From the NCBI RefSeq assembly GCF_964355755.1, contig NC_092671.1, forward strand, positions 9,176,001 through 9,240,000: DNA of 64,000 nt, read 5' to 3'. Positions 1 to 13,200 of the stretch are shown one piece after another. The stretch is from Antedon mediterranea. Its lineage: Eukaryota > Animalia > Echinodermata. Numbering within the stretch: position 1 is the stretch's first letter; every line of letters starts with the position of its first letter. The position numbers were made by a program, and so were the translations under genes. The notes beneath the pieces were generated by a model. That model was given only the letters and a program-made list of their open reading frames with translations. It was not told where the DNA came from and did no database searches.

Positions 1-1
1 T

Positions 2-2790
2 AATACATCATTTCATCAGTTGACATAAGGTCAATTTCATCAGTTGACATAAGCTCAAAGGTCAACATTTTAATATAGACTAGTCCAGATTTGATAAAAA
101 TGAAATGCTGTAGGCATTTCGTGTTAAAAGTGAATAAACATGGGTTTTAGCGTAATTTTGGGGTGCTGAATTCAAATCTGCTGTTTACCCGGCCCAATTT
201 TTAGATCTTCACCCCTAAAATGTGAAAAACAAAATGGCCGCCATTTCAAACTTATTTTGGCTTATAACTATGCGTATACGGTATTAGTTACCAAATAAAT
301 GCAAATTTTTCCAACCTATGATATCGATCATATTATTTGATCAGTAAAGTTGTTATTTCATTATAATTTTGATTGTAATTATAACACTGTAATTAATCAA
401 ATCAGACTTCAATCAGGATAGAAAGCGTTTTTGAGATATAAGGGGTCAAAGTTTAAAATTGACCAATTATAACAATTTATTATATATATCTGGATCTGGT
501 AGCTACTGTGCAAACGCCATCATATAGGCTATCTCGTACAGGTAGTATATGTATTATAACCAATCTATTGAAGTTTAATTTGGTCTTTTAATACATTTTA
601 TAAAACAAATACTTTGCAATTAAAGGTCAAATGTCAATATTGACTAATCACAAAATTTGCCTATAAAACCAAATAAAAACTTTTGAGACGAAATGTTATG
701 TTTTATCATTCACATCAATCAATCATACACGATCAAAAAAGCACATTTATTATTACAACAGTAGGTCAAAGGTCAACATTTTGACAAGTGATATACTAAT
801 TAATGCAAACTTATTCAAACTATGAGATCGATGGTCATAAATGTAAACACGTTATTTGATCAGTTATGGTATTTTTGATATTTTTTCTAGTTCACATTAT
901 TTTTAATGTATTAATACTGTAAAATAAATAATAACATTAATGTTATGACTGTTAAAATGTTATGATGTTAAAATGTTACACTGACCTTTAATAATTTGCC
1001 ACTACACAGTATATATAATATTCGTTTTTGGACAATAAATTACTATTTATCAGAATCAGAGAGAATATCAATTCATCTACATGATAGGGCATAGGCAGAT
1101 CTAGTTGGCCCAGACCACCCCATCACCCACCTTTAATTTCGACAATGCAAAAGTAGGTTAAATTCACCAATTCAATTCACAATTTCTAGGACTCCATTCA
1201 CTGATCCCCATCTATTTCTATTCAATAATCTTGGATTCGTCACTATGTGTTTGTCTTTTCATTGTCAAGTTCTGCAAATACTGTATGTTTCAAATGTTTC
1301 AATGATTACCTTTCATTGGAGACCCCCAGGATTTCTTTCCCTTTTAAGAGAATAATAATAATATTAAGAGAATATTGCCTGTTTCCTTAGTTGACGACAC
1401 ATTTATTAAGATTTATAATGTGGTCAATAATGCTTTCGATTTTTACTTTTTTGGCTAATAAAAACTGGAATGCACAACTCACTACACATATGTCTACGGA
1501 CAATTTTTATATGAGTCTCGGTATGGTTGCTAGCCACAGATAGTTTTCCTGTGCATAGTGTAGTGCAAATGAAAACCTGTTTTTAATAAGGTCTTTCCCA
1601 AGTTTGCATATATACTGTTCAAAGTTAGCAGTATGATGCCAGGAGGAAATAGCGCATCTGATTCTCTTCTTTATGCGTCTATCTAACGAACGTAAGATAT
1701 TTTCCTTTCAATTTAAGCTTATTCATAATAAAAACATTACATAGTATTTGAAAACAATAGACTATAAGATAAAATGAATGGGACATCAAAAGAGGGTCGG
1801 AGACTATTAGAACCAAGTAAATGTCAACTAATATTAAACAAGGCCAACAGCCATAAGTCGCGTGCTCTCAGAAAAAAATGAACTTTCAAAAAGTAATGTA
1901 CATCAAAACAGTTCAAAAAATACAGAAAAGCGATAAAACGCATAGTGATACCGGACCGACAGACAGACCGACAGACCGACCGACATAGTGAACTATTGAG
2001 TCGCGTCCACGCGACTAAAAAGCAATGCTTGGAATGATTGTGTTCACTGTAAATGATTATGTATCTTCCTTTTTTCGAAAGAGAAATCAGAAGTCAATCC
2101 TGGTGGTCAAATCCTGGAGGTCACATATAGAGATAATTAAAACTGTTTTGAAGAACTAGACCAAAATCTTCACAGAATAGAGTCTGGAAGTTGTGAAACC
2201 TGTGCGTTTAAAGAAAAAGTCAGAGTTAATCATCTCTTTTAGGATCATTTTAATGATTGATAGCAATGAAAGAATATGCCCGGCTAGTGTTTGGATAGTC
2301 CAAAGATTTGTTAGACGCTTTATCCACCAAAGTTCTAAACATAAAGAAGCAGAACAAATCAGATAGTTTATTGCCTCAAAATGAATATTGCAGGCCTGCA
2401 ACCATTTTCTAACCAATCTTTGCAAAATGAACTTTTAAAAGTTGTGCTTTAACCATTTATTTTAGTCAAGGTCAGCGCAACATTTTAAGTTTGATTTGAT
2501 TAATTACAGTATTATAATTATATTGATTACATAATGAAATAACATAACTTTACTGATCAAATAATTTGATTACTTGTAAAACCATCGATATCATAGTTTG
2601 GACAACTTTGCATTTATTTTGACCTTATGTCAACTGATGAAATGATGTATTCGCTCTTTTACATTGCGTATGAATGATTAACAAGATGAAAAACATCAAA
2701 TGTTTGTTAAATATTAGTTTTTATTTGGTTTTGTAGGTACGTTCTATGATTGGTAAATACTGACATTTGACCCTTAATCAAAAGGATTTA
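2..2790. mobile_element. Foldback-like element with long modular inverted arms, inside the SLC17 intron; truncated by the window start
   Basis: 2-34 is the reverse complement of about 2619-2651; about 290-410 of about 2487-2625; about 620-720 of about 2650-2775. AAGGTCAA/TTGACC subrepeats recur in the arms. Confidence 0.65.
1836..2021 (-). mobile_element. HINE/DINE-1-like non-autonomous Helentron element, family A
   Basis: Subterminal inverted repeat AGTCGCGTG/CACGCGACT, terminal hairpin AGTCGCGTCCACGCGACT, (GACC/GACA)n microsatellite, CTTGTTT end. Other copies at 5766-5895 and 25200-25813. Confidence 0.75.
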
Positions 2791-2940
2791 TTTTCATAAG
2801 GTGATTGAATAGACACCTATAATCATAAAAATGTAATAAAATACCAAATTGGTATTCCTGCCACCGGACTATCAATTATACATCCTGTGAACAGTTATAC
2901 CTTTCAAAACAGAATAATGAGTGAAACATGTACCGTATAC

Positions 2941-3845
2941 CTGTCCAAATCCATCGATTATTCTACTACTTATCAAAAGGCCAATTCCACATCTTGCAGC
3001 AAATGGCGACAACAGTGTTATCAGAGAAGATATTGCCACGCCAGATAATATAACAGGGAAGCCGCCGTATTTACCAACTAGCCATCCGCCAACCATAGGT
3101 GTAACAAAGTACCCGTAGTAAAATGCCCCTAAGATGTCTTGTTGCGTTTTCATGTTCCAGTCAAATGAGTTCTTCTGAAATATATAATCAAATACACCAC
3201 TTGCTGATTAGGTATAGTTTATATTTATATAAAAATAACGCCTAGGCCGATCATGTTCCAAAAAAAATTAAGCAAACAAATCGACATTATGTCAGGACCG
3301 TGACTCGTTTAATAACTGACAACTAACTTTTTGTACGTGTGGCGTACCATAGATAGGATGACAATACTCCAGTTTGTGCGATTGATGTAGTTTAAAGTAT
3401 TTGCAGCACAGCACATAGCCACAATGACATATCGAATATAAAATCGAGGCGGCCGTAAATCTGAAAAAAACGATAACACACAAAATTTCAGTCTACCGTA
3501 CTTGCTAAGTTAGTACACATAAGGGTAAGGCCTAATGTCGATTTGAAATGTAGTTACAGTCACATAGGCATGTAGGCCACATATTTACTCAGTTCCTGTG
3601 TTATTGTTCCAGATAGGTTTTTAAAAATAAGTCTGGAATCACGTTAAACTCGATTAGGCCTATTAGCTACCAGGAAAGAATTATTACTTACCTGACCAAT
3701 CAATTAAAATATTGGCCTATTACGGCGGGTTAGTGATTACACTCAGTTAGCATAATTGTCACGGGTATGTATCATTACATAAAGAATAACATGGCTTACC
3801 TTTTTGTAAAATTGGTTCTGCTTCCTCTTTGTGTTTTTGTGTCAT
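2941..3845 (-). CDS. SLC17-family (sialin-like) MFS anion transporter, 5' coding exons only; gene runs off the left edge
   Basis: Exons 3845-3800, 3460-3348 and 3174-2941 with AG/GT ends and matching phases give MTQKHKEEAEPILQKDLRPPRFYIRYVIVAMCCAANTLNYINRTNWSIVILSM-KNSFDWNMKTQQDILGAFYYGYFVTPMVGGWLVGKYG...SRIIDGFGQ. SLC17 motifs are present: RxNxSxxIxxM, FDW...ILGxFYYGY, GGxLxxKYG. No downstream exon was recognised in 1-2940. Confidence 0.85.
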
Positions 3846-5290
3846 ATTATTACCGGTAGCTTCCCAAATTTGTATGGTTTTATTTGAGTCTCCCTGTAGT
3901 CAAGCAACCAGCCATATATGAAGAATGAGACTTTCGAAGTCTTATATACGGTTGTACATATGGTAATACCATATACTAATTAGACTGGAATAACTCACTG
4001 CGAGACATTGCGATGATTCGTATTGTTAAAAATGCCGAATACTTTAATTCGAATCGCTTTTTTTCTAAACTAATGCATGCCCTGATTCTGACTTTTATGG
4101 ATATCCTAGCTATGAATTCTGAATAATAATCACAAGGCCGAGGGGTTAAGCCTTTGATTGTTTCATTTTGAAAAGGTGAGTTTATGTGAAACTGGTCTGA
4201 GAGGCCAATAGTTTAATACCACTATTAATACCACTTTCTATTTTGTAGAATTGTCGCACAACCCAATTTGACAGCTAATACGAAAGATAATTTTTTATGA
4301 TAGTTGCAATGCATAAATAACTCTGTAATAATAGACCAACTAACTAAAGAATTTAATACATTTTTTTTGTATAAAGTTAATTGAAATATGGTAAAATAAA
4401 TAAATATACTATCTATCGCATTGACGATGATGAACATTTCTCGCTGCCACCACCAATATATATTATTATGCCTATACCAGCACTTTCAAAATGCAACCTG
4501 GCCGCCTTATACAGATCTAGATACAAAGTAACAGACCTGTTATTAGAAACAAATTAACGTCATTTTTATATTATATAAGTGTGGATAGGAGTCATTGATT
4601 TCAGAATGGAGCTATAATTTATAGCTCCATGTTGTAAGCTCCATAATTCGTTGGTTTACTTCTTTATGGAGCTATAACATTAACAATTAGAGAGTCCACA
4701 TCCCTGTTGCTGTTGAGGATTCCTCATCTAGACAAGATTGGACAGTTTTTTCCAAGCAAACTCCAAGTTTATCACCAATTTGATTTGACACTCCATGGTC
4801 CATGTGGCATTCTTTGTTATTATCGTTTTCGTGGCTACCAAGGTTGTTCCCAGTGTGTAGGCTATAGCGAGTTTGTAGCCTATAAATTTACGTGCTTTTC
4901 TTTATTCCACCCGTAGTTATGTATGTTATAATTAAGTATCATATTTTGCCCATAATGTCTGTTATCTATTCATAATAGTTTACTAGGAAATTATAATTCT
5001 TGTAATGAAATTGTCATCGGAGTTATTACCAACATAAGAAATAATATTCATTTTGATCACTGATATTCATTCCTTCTAATTTTTGTCATTGTTAATTGTA
5101 GATTATAGCCCCTATTTATACATATCATGTGTTGTTTATAAAACATTATGAACTAGAGGGTACTCCCGAGAGTACAAACCTCCGCCTACTGTAAAATTCC
5201 CCTACATAAAATGTTCCCGGAAAATATATATATATTTTTTACATTTTTTTTTATTATAGGCTAACTGCACACTACAAAGTTGTGGATGAG

Positions 5291-5400
5291 AGTTTGGTGT
5301 AATCATGGAGAAATCATTTAGGATTCTCCATGGTGTAATGGTTATGTATCCTGCCTCTCACAGTTGAGTTCGCTGATTCAAGTCCCGCTGAGGGTTTTTT
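5291..5400 (+). mobile_element. Degenerate tRNA-derived SINE head
   Basis: A-box-like TGGTGTAATGGTT and B-box-like GATTCAAGTCCC, followed by a T-run. No intact cloverleaf. Confidence 0.4.
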
Positions 5401-5492
5401 AAAATTATTATTCTTTTATTTCTTTTTTTTTTGTAGACCTTGTTCTTTGACCCTTTAAAATTTAACCACAATTATATGATAAGTCATTGATC

Positions 5493-5750
5493 ATGGCTAA
5501 GAATCGGATACAAACTGTGGTCATAAGCAGTAAAATAGTTATTTGTTAGTTGTAACCTTGACCTATGTACAAAGTCGATGTCCGCTAAAGAATACAATGT
5601 TTTACAAAAGGGAAATAAAAATTTAATTTGGATGTGTGATGGATGTGTGGAAGCACAGATGGGCCTGGGTAGGCCTAGCCCTAGCAAAGAATCTTTGGCA
5701 ACTGGACTGGACTATCAATAATGCTCAAATTGGATAGCTTGGCTTCTGCA
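5493..5750 (+). pseudogene. Probable decayed CR1 ORF1 remnant (PHD-finger-like)
   Basis: Reads SCNLDLCTKSMSAKEYNVLQKGNKNLIWMCDGC. The WxCxxC end resembles PHD fingers of CR1 ORF1. It lies upstream of, and on the same strand as, the CR1 ORF2. Confidence 0.45.
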
Positions 5751-5765
5751 GTTGATATTATTAAT

Positions 5766-5895
5766 AAACAAGGCCAACAGCCATAAGTCGCGTGCTAAAA
5801 TGCATAGTGATACCGGACCGACAGACCGACAGACCGACCGACAGACCAACCGACCGACATAGTGAACTATAGAGTCGCGTCCACGCGACTAAAAA
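5766..5895 (-). mobile_element. HINE/DINE-like family A, internally deleted copy
   Basis: Same ends, hairpin and microsatellite as 1836-2021. Confidence 0.75.
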
Positions 5896-6129
5896 CAAGG
5901 AACAACTTCAACTCCAGTTAATAATGGCTCTCCAATCACTCCTTCTCATAAACACAGCAAATGGAGATGATAGAAACGCTTGCTTCTGCAACAGCATAAT
6001 TCAAGTTCAACGAAGAACTTACTCAATTAGAAACCATATTGTGCAAGCTATGACTAGTCATTCTCTCAAATGTGAATTGAAAGATATTTTTCTTGCTCAA
6101 GGAACTTCAGAAATAAAAAGATACTAAGA

Positions 6130-8730
6130 ACTTCTCAGTAACAGTCAGGAGCAGAACGTTTTATTTTTGGATAAGTTGAGTAATATATGCTGCACTAACT
6201 TTTCACATTTATTAATAACTGGTGATTTTAATTTCGGTAGTATTGATTGGATTAATCAAGCATCAGGATACTCTGATAGTCATGATGGAACAAATTTTAT
6301 GAATTGGGTTCAGGATCATTTTTATTTTCAACATGTAACACAAGCAACTAGATTTAGAGATGGACAGAATCCTAGTCTTTTAGACTTGGTTTTTACAAAT
6401 GAAGAGGACATGATCGATGACATTTGTTACAGTGCACCACTCGGTAAAAGCGATCACGCAGTATTAACATTTAGATTTGATTGTTACATTGACTCGCAAG
6501 ACAATATCTTGTTAAAACCAAATTATCATTACGGTGATTATGTTCAAATAAATAAAGAACTAAAAAAGATTGATTGGGAGGGGAAATTTGAAAATGGTGG
6601 AACAGAAGAGTGTTGGAATTTGTTTAGTGAAATTATTGCAGAAACTAGTGGACGGCACATTCCCAAGGGAAAAAAGGGGGACAACAGTAAAGTCAACGAG
6701 CCTCTTTGGATAAACAAGGGTATGAAGAAAATGATAAAGCTTAAAAGAAAAGCATGATTTAGGTATAACCATTGTCCAAGCAGATCTAATAAAGCAAAAT
6801 TTAAAGATGCTAGAAATAAAGTAACATCCATGAAAAGGAAGGCCATTTGGAACTTTGAAAAAATGATTGCTTCCCAAATAAAACAGAAACCCAAATCATT
6901 CCGGCGATATGTAAACTCCAAAACCAAGGTTAAAGCGAGACTACCATCCCTGAAAGATGAGAACAATGTGACACACAGTGATGATCAGTCCAAGACTGAG
7001 AAACTCTGCAGTTTTTGTAAGGGAAGATATTGATAACGTACCAGAGTTTCAAAGAAGAGTTTTTGATAGTTTGTTCTGAAGTTGAAATATCACCCCAAAT
7101 CGTTGAAAAATATTTAAAGAATTTAAATGTGACTAAGAGTCCAGGACCTGATGGTATTCACCATATGATTTTAAGAGAGTGCAGAGCTTATATTTCTGAG
7201 CCGCTAAGTAAATTTTTTTCTAATTCATTGAAAGAAGGTATTGTTCCTCGGAATTGGAAAGAAGCTCATATTGTACCTATTTTTTAAAAAGGAAGCAGGG
7301 TGGAAGTAAATAATTATCGGCCTGTTAGCTTGACTGCTGTTTGTTGTAAAGTTATGGAAAGCATCATTAGAGATTCTTTAATTAAGCATTTTGTCAACAA
7401 TAACTTATTATCAGAACATCAAGATGGCTTTAGGTCCGGTAGATCCACAACAACGCAACTATTAGAGATAGTAGAACATTGGTCTAAGCTTTTAGATGAT
7501 GGGCGTGATATTGATGTGGCATATTTGGACTTCCAAAAGGCCTTCGATTCTGTACCTCATATGAGACTGTTAAGAAAGGTTGAAGCTTATGGTATCTCCG
7601 GTAACGTCTATAATTGGATTAAAGACTTCATAAAAGGTAGAAGACAACGAGTAATGTTAAATGGGACTCTGTAGAAATGGTCGGATGTGATAAGTGGTGT
7701 TCCGCAAGGAAGTGTGCTTGGTCCGATTTTATTCTTACTCTTTATCAATGACTTGCCTGAAGTTGCATTATCAGAAGTTAAGATGTTCGCTGGTGATACT
7801 AAAGTTTATGATTATGGGGAATTCAAAGAAAAATTGCAGATCTCACTTGATAATATGTTTAATTGGTCGACCAGATGGCAACTACTTTTCAATGCCAACA
7901 AGTGCAAGATGTTGTATATGGGGAAAACAAATGAGAAGAATGAGTATTTTGTAAATGTACAAGATAAAGTTAAAATTGAAGAGACTGCTATAGAAAAGAA
8001 TCTCGGAGTATACTTTGATCATAAATTGAACTTTGATTATCATATAAATTGCTGTGTTGCTAAAGGCAAATAAAATAGTGGGTCTCATCAAAGGGACTTT
8101 TTGTTACAACGATAAGGATATGTTTCTTAGTCTATACAAATCTTTAGTCCGCCCTATCTTTAGTTTAACTGTTGTGTCTGGGCACCTCATCAAATTGGAC
8201 TGATTAAGAAAATCGAGTCGGTTCAACAAAGAGCTACCAAATCATTGTCAGAAATAAAACATTTGGCATATCCGTATAGATTGAAGTTTTTGGGTTTACC
8301 TACACTGGAGTACAGACGATTAAGAGCGGATATGATCCAAATCTTCAGAATTATAAATGGTCTTGACGTTATAGAATGCAGAAAGTTTTTTACATTTGTT
8401 GATTGTCATGGAACTAGAGGTCATGAATACAAGTTATATAAAAACAAGTTTAGGCTTAATTCCAGGCAGTTTTCCTTTAGTTGTAGAGTTGTGGACTCGT
8501 GGAATAGCTTACCATTTAATGTTGTAAAAGCTCCAAATTTAAATCTATTCAAGTCACTCCTCAATGATCATTGGAAGTCCCTTGACTGCAAGTTTACTTT
8601 TTCACATTTATAAACACTTTGGAACATTATGTGTACACCCGGAGCCCTAAGCACCTATATTTTGGTTATAAGAAGACAGGAAGGGTCATATAAGCTATAT
8701 TTAGCTTTCTAACCGACCCATAAACATCAA
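6130..8730 (+). mobile_element. CR1-group non-LTR retrotransposon (APE + RT ORF2), inactive
   Basis: APE motifs ITGDFN, LDLVFTN and GKSDH. RT motifs KSPGPDG, NYRPVSLT, YLDFQKAFDSVPH and SGVPQGSVLGP; the catalytic FADD is mutated to FAGD. CR1-type C-terminus LEYRRLRADMI...TRGH...VVDSWNSLP. Several stops and frameshifts. Confidence 0.92.
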
Positions 8731-10261
8731 ACAAGTATTACCTTTTCCCCTTCACAATCGAACTCGTCCGGGCTTTTGGGGCATAGATCATTGTGGCCAA
8801 ATTTGGTGAGAATCATATAAAAACTGTGACCTCCAGGCTGTTCACAGACACACGAACACACGCACACCCACACTGGGGTGAAAATATAACTTCCTTGGGC
8901 GGAGGTAATTGCCGGGACATTTTCCCTTCTTTTAAATTAGATTTCCATTTTGTACCTCTTGTGTGTAATCTAAATTAAATAATGATTGCATTTATTGTTT
9001 GTTGTCTAGAGTTGGAGAACACTCCCTTTGGTCATAGTTGTCTTGCTCTTGCTATGTGCTCTATTTTTACACCACTGAAAGGAATAATACATAATTAAAT
9101 GTCATCATAAATAGCATCCAATTACATTTTTAAATACCACCTACCATTTTGTATCAAACAAAGAAACACGGCAGAAGTAAATTTGGTGTTAACAAGGATA
9201 GTCCACAGTCGGTAGACTACCGATGGAGGTCATTTTCATCTCATTCAAACATGATCTTAAATAAAAAAAAAATTGTCTTTTCTGCCACAAATACCTAAAA
9301 GAAAATTAACAACAACTACTTTCATTCGTGAAATGATATTTAATTTAGAGATGCGAAGCATAAACAAATATTTATACTTATAGCATCCATGTGAATACAT
9401 TTTATTATTTCTATTTATATATATGGTAAATGAAATCAACTTTAAATTAAACTCCGTATTAATTTGTCAACGTACGTAGAAAGTTATATTCTTTGATACA
9501 AATCAATTAAATAAATGTATAGAGGGCAGCATTCAGAAAATTAACTGCACAAAAAACCCAACTGCACAAGTCTACCTTTTCTATTTTTTCGGTAATTTGC
9601 GGTCTTTTTTCTTGTAAATAGTCATTTTTTTTTGTATTTTCCGGTTTCTTCTGATATTTTTTTCCCCGGTATTTTCCGGTTTGTTTTTTTGCAACCCCAG
9701 GTCATCATCACCACATCATCATCACCTGAATGAGCCATCCAGCTCGTCGTCAATCGAATTGGTATTTATTTGTAGGTCTATATAGACGGATCCCATATAG
9801 ACTAGCCTAGGCCTATGCCTAGGCTAGGCCTAGGCCTAGGCCTAGAGGCTAGGATATGAAGGGAAATCCGATATGAATATGGAGAAAACATACTTGTTGT
9901 TAACCGACCAACAATAGAACTAGGCCTACTCATAAATTTCTCCTTGTGCCTTTCCAGTTTTGTTTGGATATTGTTGTCTACAGCTTTTACAGTAGTAAAA
10001 ATCTAATATTTTGATAAGATTAATTAAGAATCAAGATATAAGATAAGCTGATTTTAGGTCATTCATGGTTAGGTGGTCTAGGCTAGGGCCAGGTCTAACC
10101 TAATATCCAATTCTTATTTTAATTACCACATACAGTACTGTATATTACCAAAAAGGTGTAAAAAGCCTTTATTATTTATATCAGTAAATTTTATTTCGAT
10201 CGGATAATTTATATAATTTACTGGCCTACAGGTGTACTGAAATTAAGACTAAGAATAAGAG

Positions 10262-13200
10262 ATGGCAAGTGATTACAACAAGGAACCAATCAGAGCTAGT
10301 GACTTCACTATTAACCAGACTACACCATTCAATGCAGAACCCCCAGTAGCTATCTTAAGGGAGCACTTTGTAACAGCAAATGATAAATTCTACGTACGGA
10401 ACCATGCGCCAGTACCGTTGATAGATGAAGCATCATATAAGTAAGAGTTAGTTAGTTTTGCTTAGTTTTTTTTATGGCCTAGTTTGTGTACAAAACATTG
10501 TACAAACAAACACTCACAACTACAGTATCAATATAGTCTATATAGATTTTACTAGAAACAGTAGATTATTTTACATTACATTTTTCCATATAAATCTGCC
10601 TCATGCTGGCTATGGCCCTGCCTTATCTGAGAAGACTTGTTTTACTACCAGTACCATGGATTCAGTAAAATAAATAAAATACCACTTTTTGTCTTGTTAT
10701 TTTATAGATTATCAGTTGAAGGATTGATAGCTCGTCATTGCAAATTTTCAATATGGGAACTAAAGCACAGTTTTCCTCAACACACTGTTATGGCAACACT
10801 GATGGTAACTAAAAGTATTAAATGTACTATAAGTGCAATAAATAAAAACTCTCCTTGATCAATTTCAATAATATTTCATCCCAACATCTGATTGCACACT
10901 TGCTTGTGATTTTATCCATGGGAGAAACTACTTTTGCTATTCATTCATTTCCTTTATTTCGGATAATACATCCATATACAAATCATACAAAACAATAAGA
11001 GAACAAGCACGAATGTGCGATACTCCGGGTACAGCGAAAGAAGCTGTAATGACGTCATAAGACCGGATGTAACGTCACATACACATCAATAACCGGGCTA
11101 CCAAATACGGCTATATGGTACCATCTTCGAGACGTCATATGGCTGCATCCGGTTTGAAATTTAAAAATCCGGCTCTATAGATTTGAGGACATGTCCCTGT
11201 AGTATATTCATGCTCAATACTACAACTAATAAGGGAGGAGTAGTACTTTAAAAATCGCACTTTTTACTCAATAGTGTCCAGATGGAGGAGGAGAAAAGTC
11301 CTAGACTCGGGTACCCTAATTAAAAACAATTTCACCAGGTAATTAATGATAGCAACTTCGACAAAATAGTTAACTATTTAAAAAAATTAAACATTACAAC
11401 TATCATGGTTTTCTGCTCTTAAAAATTATGACCGGAGTTCCTCCAATATTCATAGAAAGTGGGAACCGTTATTCGTTACAAGCATCATGCTTGCGCTATT
11501 ATAAATATGTAATGTAACTTCAGTACGTAACCCGTTATTAAAGCAAACTCTAAATGAGTTCACAGTACCTTCACTGAATTTACTCCATTAATACATTAAC
11601 ATTTTTCTGTTTTACTGGGCTTTACTTTTAATGTATATAGCATTGTCATTTTTTCAGTAATTTGCCTTTGGATTTATATATATATATATATTTTTATATG
11701 TATTTTTTTTATAAATGTTGTATTTTTTATTGTTTATTATGTGCAAATTGGACCCCATTTGAAATGGGCTGTTTTTTTTCAGCCTAATGGGTGTTCCTGA
11801 TGCTCGTTATTTTGTCTTTATTTTTTCAAATTTTTAATGTTGAGCATCAAATAAATTCAATCAATTCAATCAATGCAATACATTTTAAAAAGCTTTATTC
11901 ACAGAAATTTCAAATTTGAAAAATGTTCTGCATAATGTATTAGCTCTGATACACAGAGCTCTTTAGTTTCCATAGTCGTACTGTTTCAATAAGGTGCTCT
12001 ATCCATCATAGTATTTTGCTATCCCAGGCTTTAAGAAGCTGGTATACAGGCATTAAACTGCAAAGGTAAAGCAGTGTACCTGTCTTAGATTTTAAACATT
12101 TGCTTGTTTAGCATTTGTGTCTATTTAACCCAACTTAAACCTACCACTTCTTCTACTTTTTAGTGTGCAGGCAACAGAAGAACAGAAATGTCTGATATCA
12201 AAGCTGTACGGGTGAGTTAGTACCTTCAACGCTTCAAAAACTTGACTGGTTCTGGCCTTATATGTCCATTTTGTAAAAAAAATCAGAATTCAGAATGTAA
12301 AACAATTTGCATTGTTCTTGGTATCTGGTACCAAGTTATCCTATTTTGATAGACTATAGGCTATTAAAACTTAAAACTTATTGTATTATCTACTTCACAG
12401 TTTGTGTGGAAGCGGGAATGTAGAATACTGTACTTAGGATAATAATTATTTGAAATTGTCACCTTTTAAATTTACATCTTCCTGGTTTTACTAAATTATC
12501 AACATCTTTTAGACCATTTGAAATAATCAATGCAATACATTGCTAAAGATCTCATATGGCTATATTTTCTATATATTTGTGTAGGGTGTTGGATGGGGAT
12601 GTGCAGCCATTAGTAATGCTGTATGGAAGGGGCCTAGACTGCGTGATGTGTTATTCATGGCTGGTATTGAGAAGGTAAGTATTCACATGCACACCATGTG
12701 ACCCACAATCATCCAATCAAATGACAGGAATTTATATAGGTGTTATATAATACTGAATACTGAAATTCTGTATTTGTCCATTAACATAATAAATAACAAT
12801 AGAAATTTAAATATTAGTACGATAAAAAACAAACAAGCAAAAATTCATATACAGAATACACACACATTATTGCACTGATAAAAAGTTGTTTAAAAAGGGC
12901 ATCATCTATCCCATTGCTTTTGCATTATTTCTTCTACTAACTTAACTCAACAACGATGATGTGTTGTAATTATATATTCACTGTATGACTAGAACATATT
13001 TGAAAGAGAATTTTTATCATGATGTTTTTTTTAATTCAGCTTGAGAGTTTGTGGGATCAGCTACATGTGGATTTTGAAGGTATTGACATATGCAAAGATA
13101 AACGAGGCTATGGGTCATCGATCCCTCTTCACAAAGCATTGTAAGTACAAAGGTTTATTTCAGGAAAAATGTACATGGTCTTACCACAAGAATGTTGTTT

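Larger units (their letters stand above)
5151..8910 (-). mobile_element. HINE-like element, family B, split by a nested CR1 LINE
   Basis: 3' end at 5151-5186 (CTAGTT end, hairpin GTACTC-CCGA-GAGTAC, subTIR ACCTCCGCC at 5178-5186). 5' end at about 8740-8910 (matching GGCGGAGGT at 8898-8906, CA-rich microsatellite). Confidence 0.6.

Noticed and set aside
1500-2460. Transposase remnant inside the foldback element
   Set aside because: Coding-like composition, but too many stops and no catalytic motif I could identify.
4600-4680. Nested ATGGAGCTATAA inverted repeats
   Set aside because: No TSD or family evidence; probably a decayed MITE.
5291-5400. tRNA gene
   Set aside because: A and B boxes only, no cloverleaf; treated as a SINE remnant, as is 59345-59425.
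9730-10261. Upstream ATG at 9730 as an N-terminal (mitochondrial) extension of the sulfite oxidase
   Set aside because: After splicing 9761 to 10232 it is out of frame, and the main frame has four stops before 10262.
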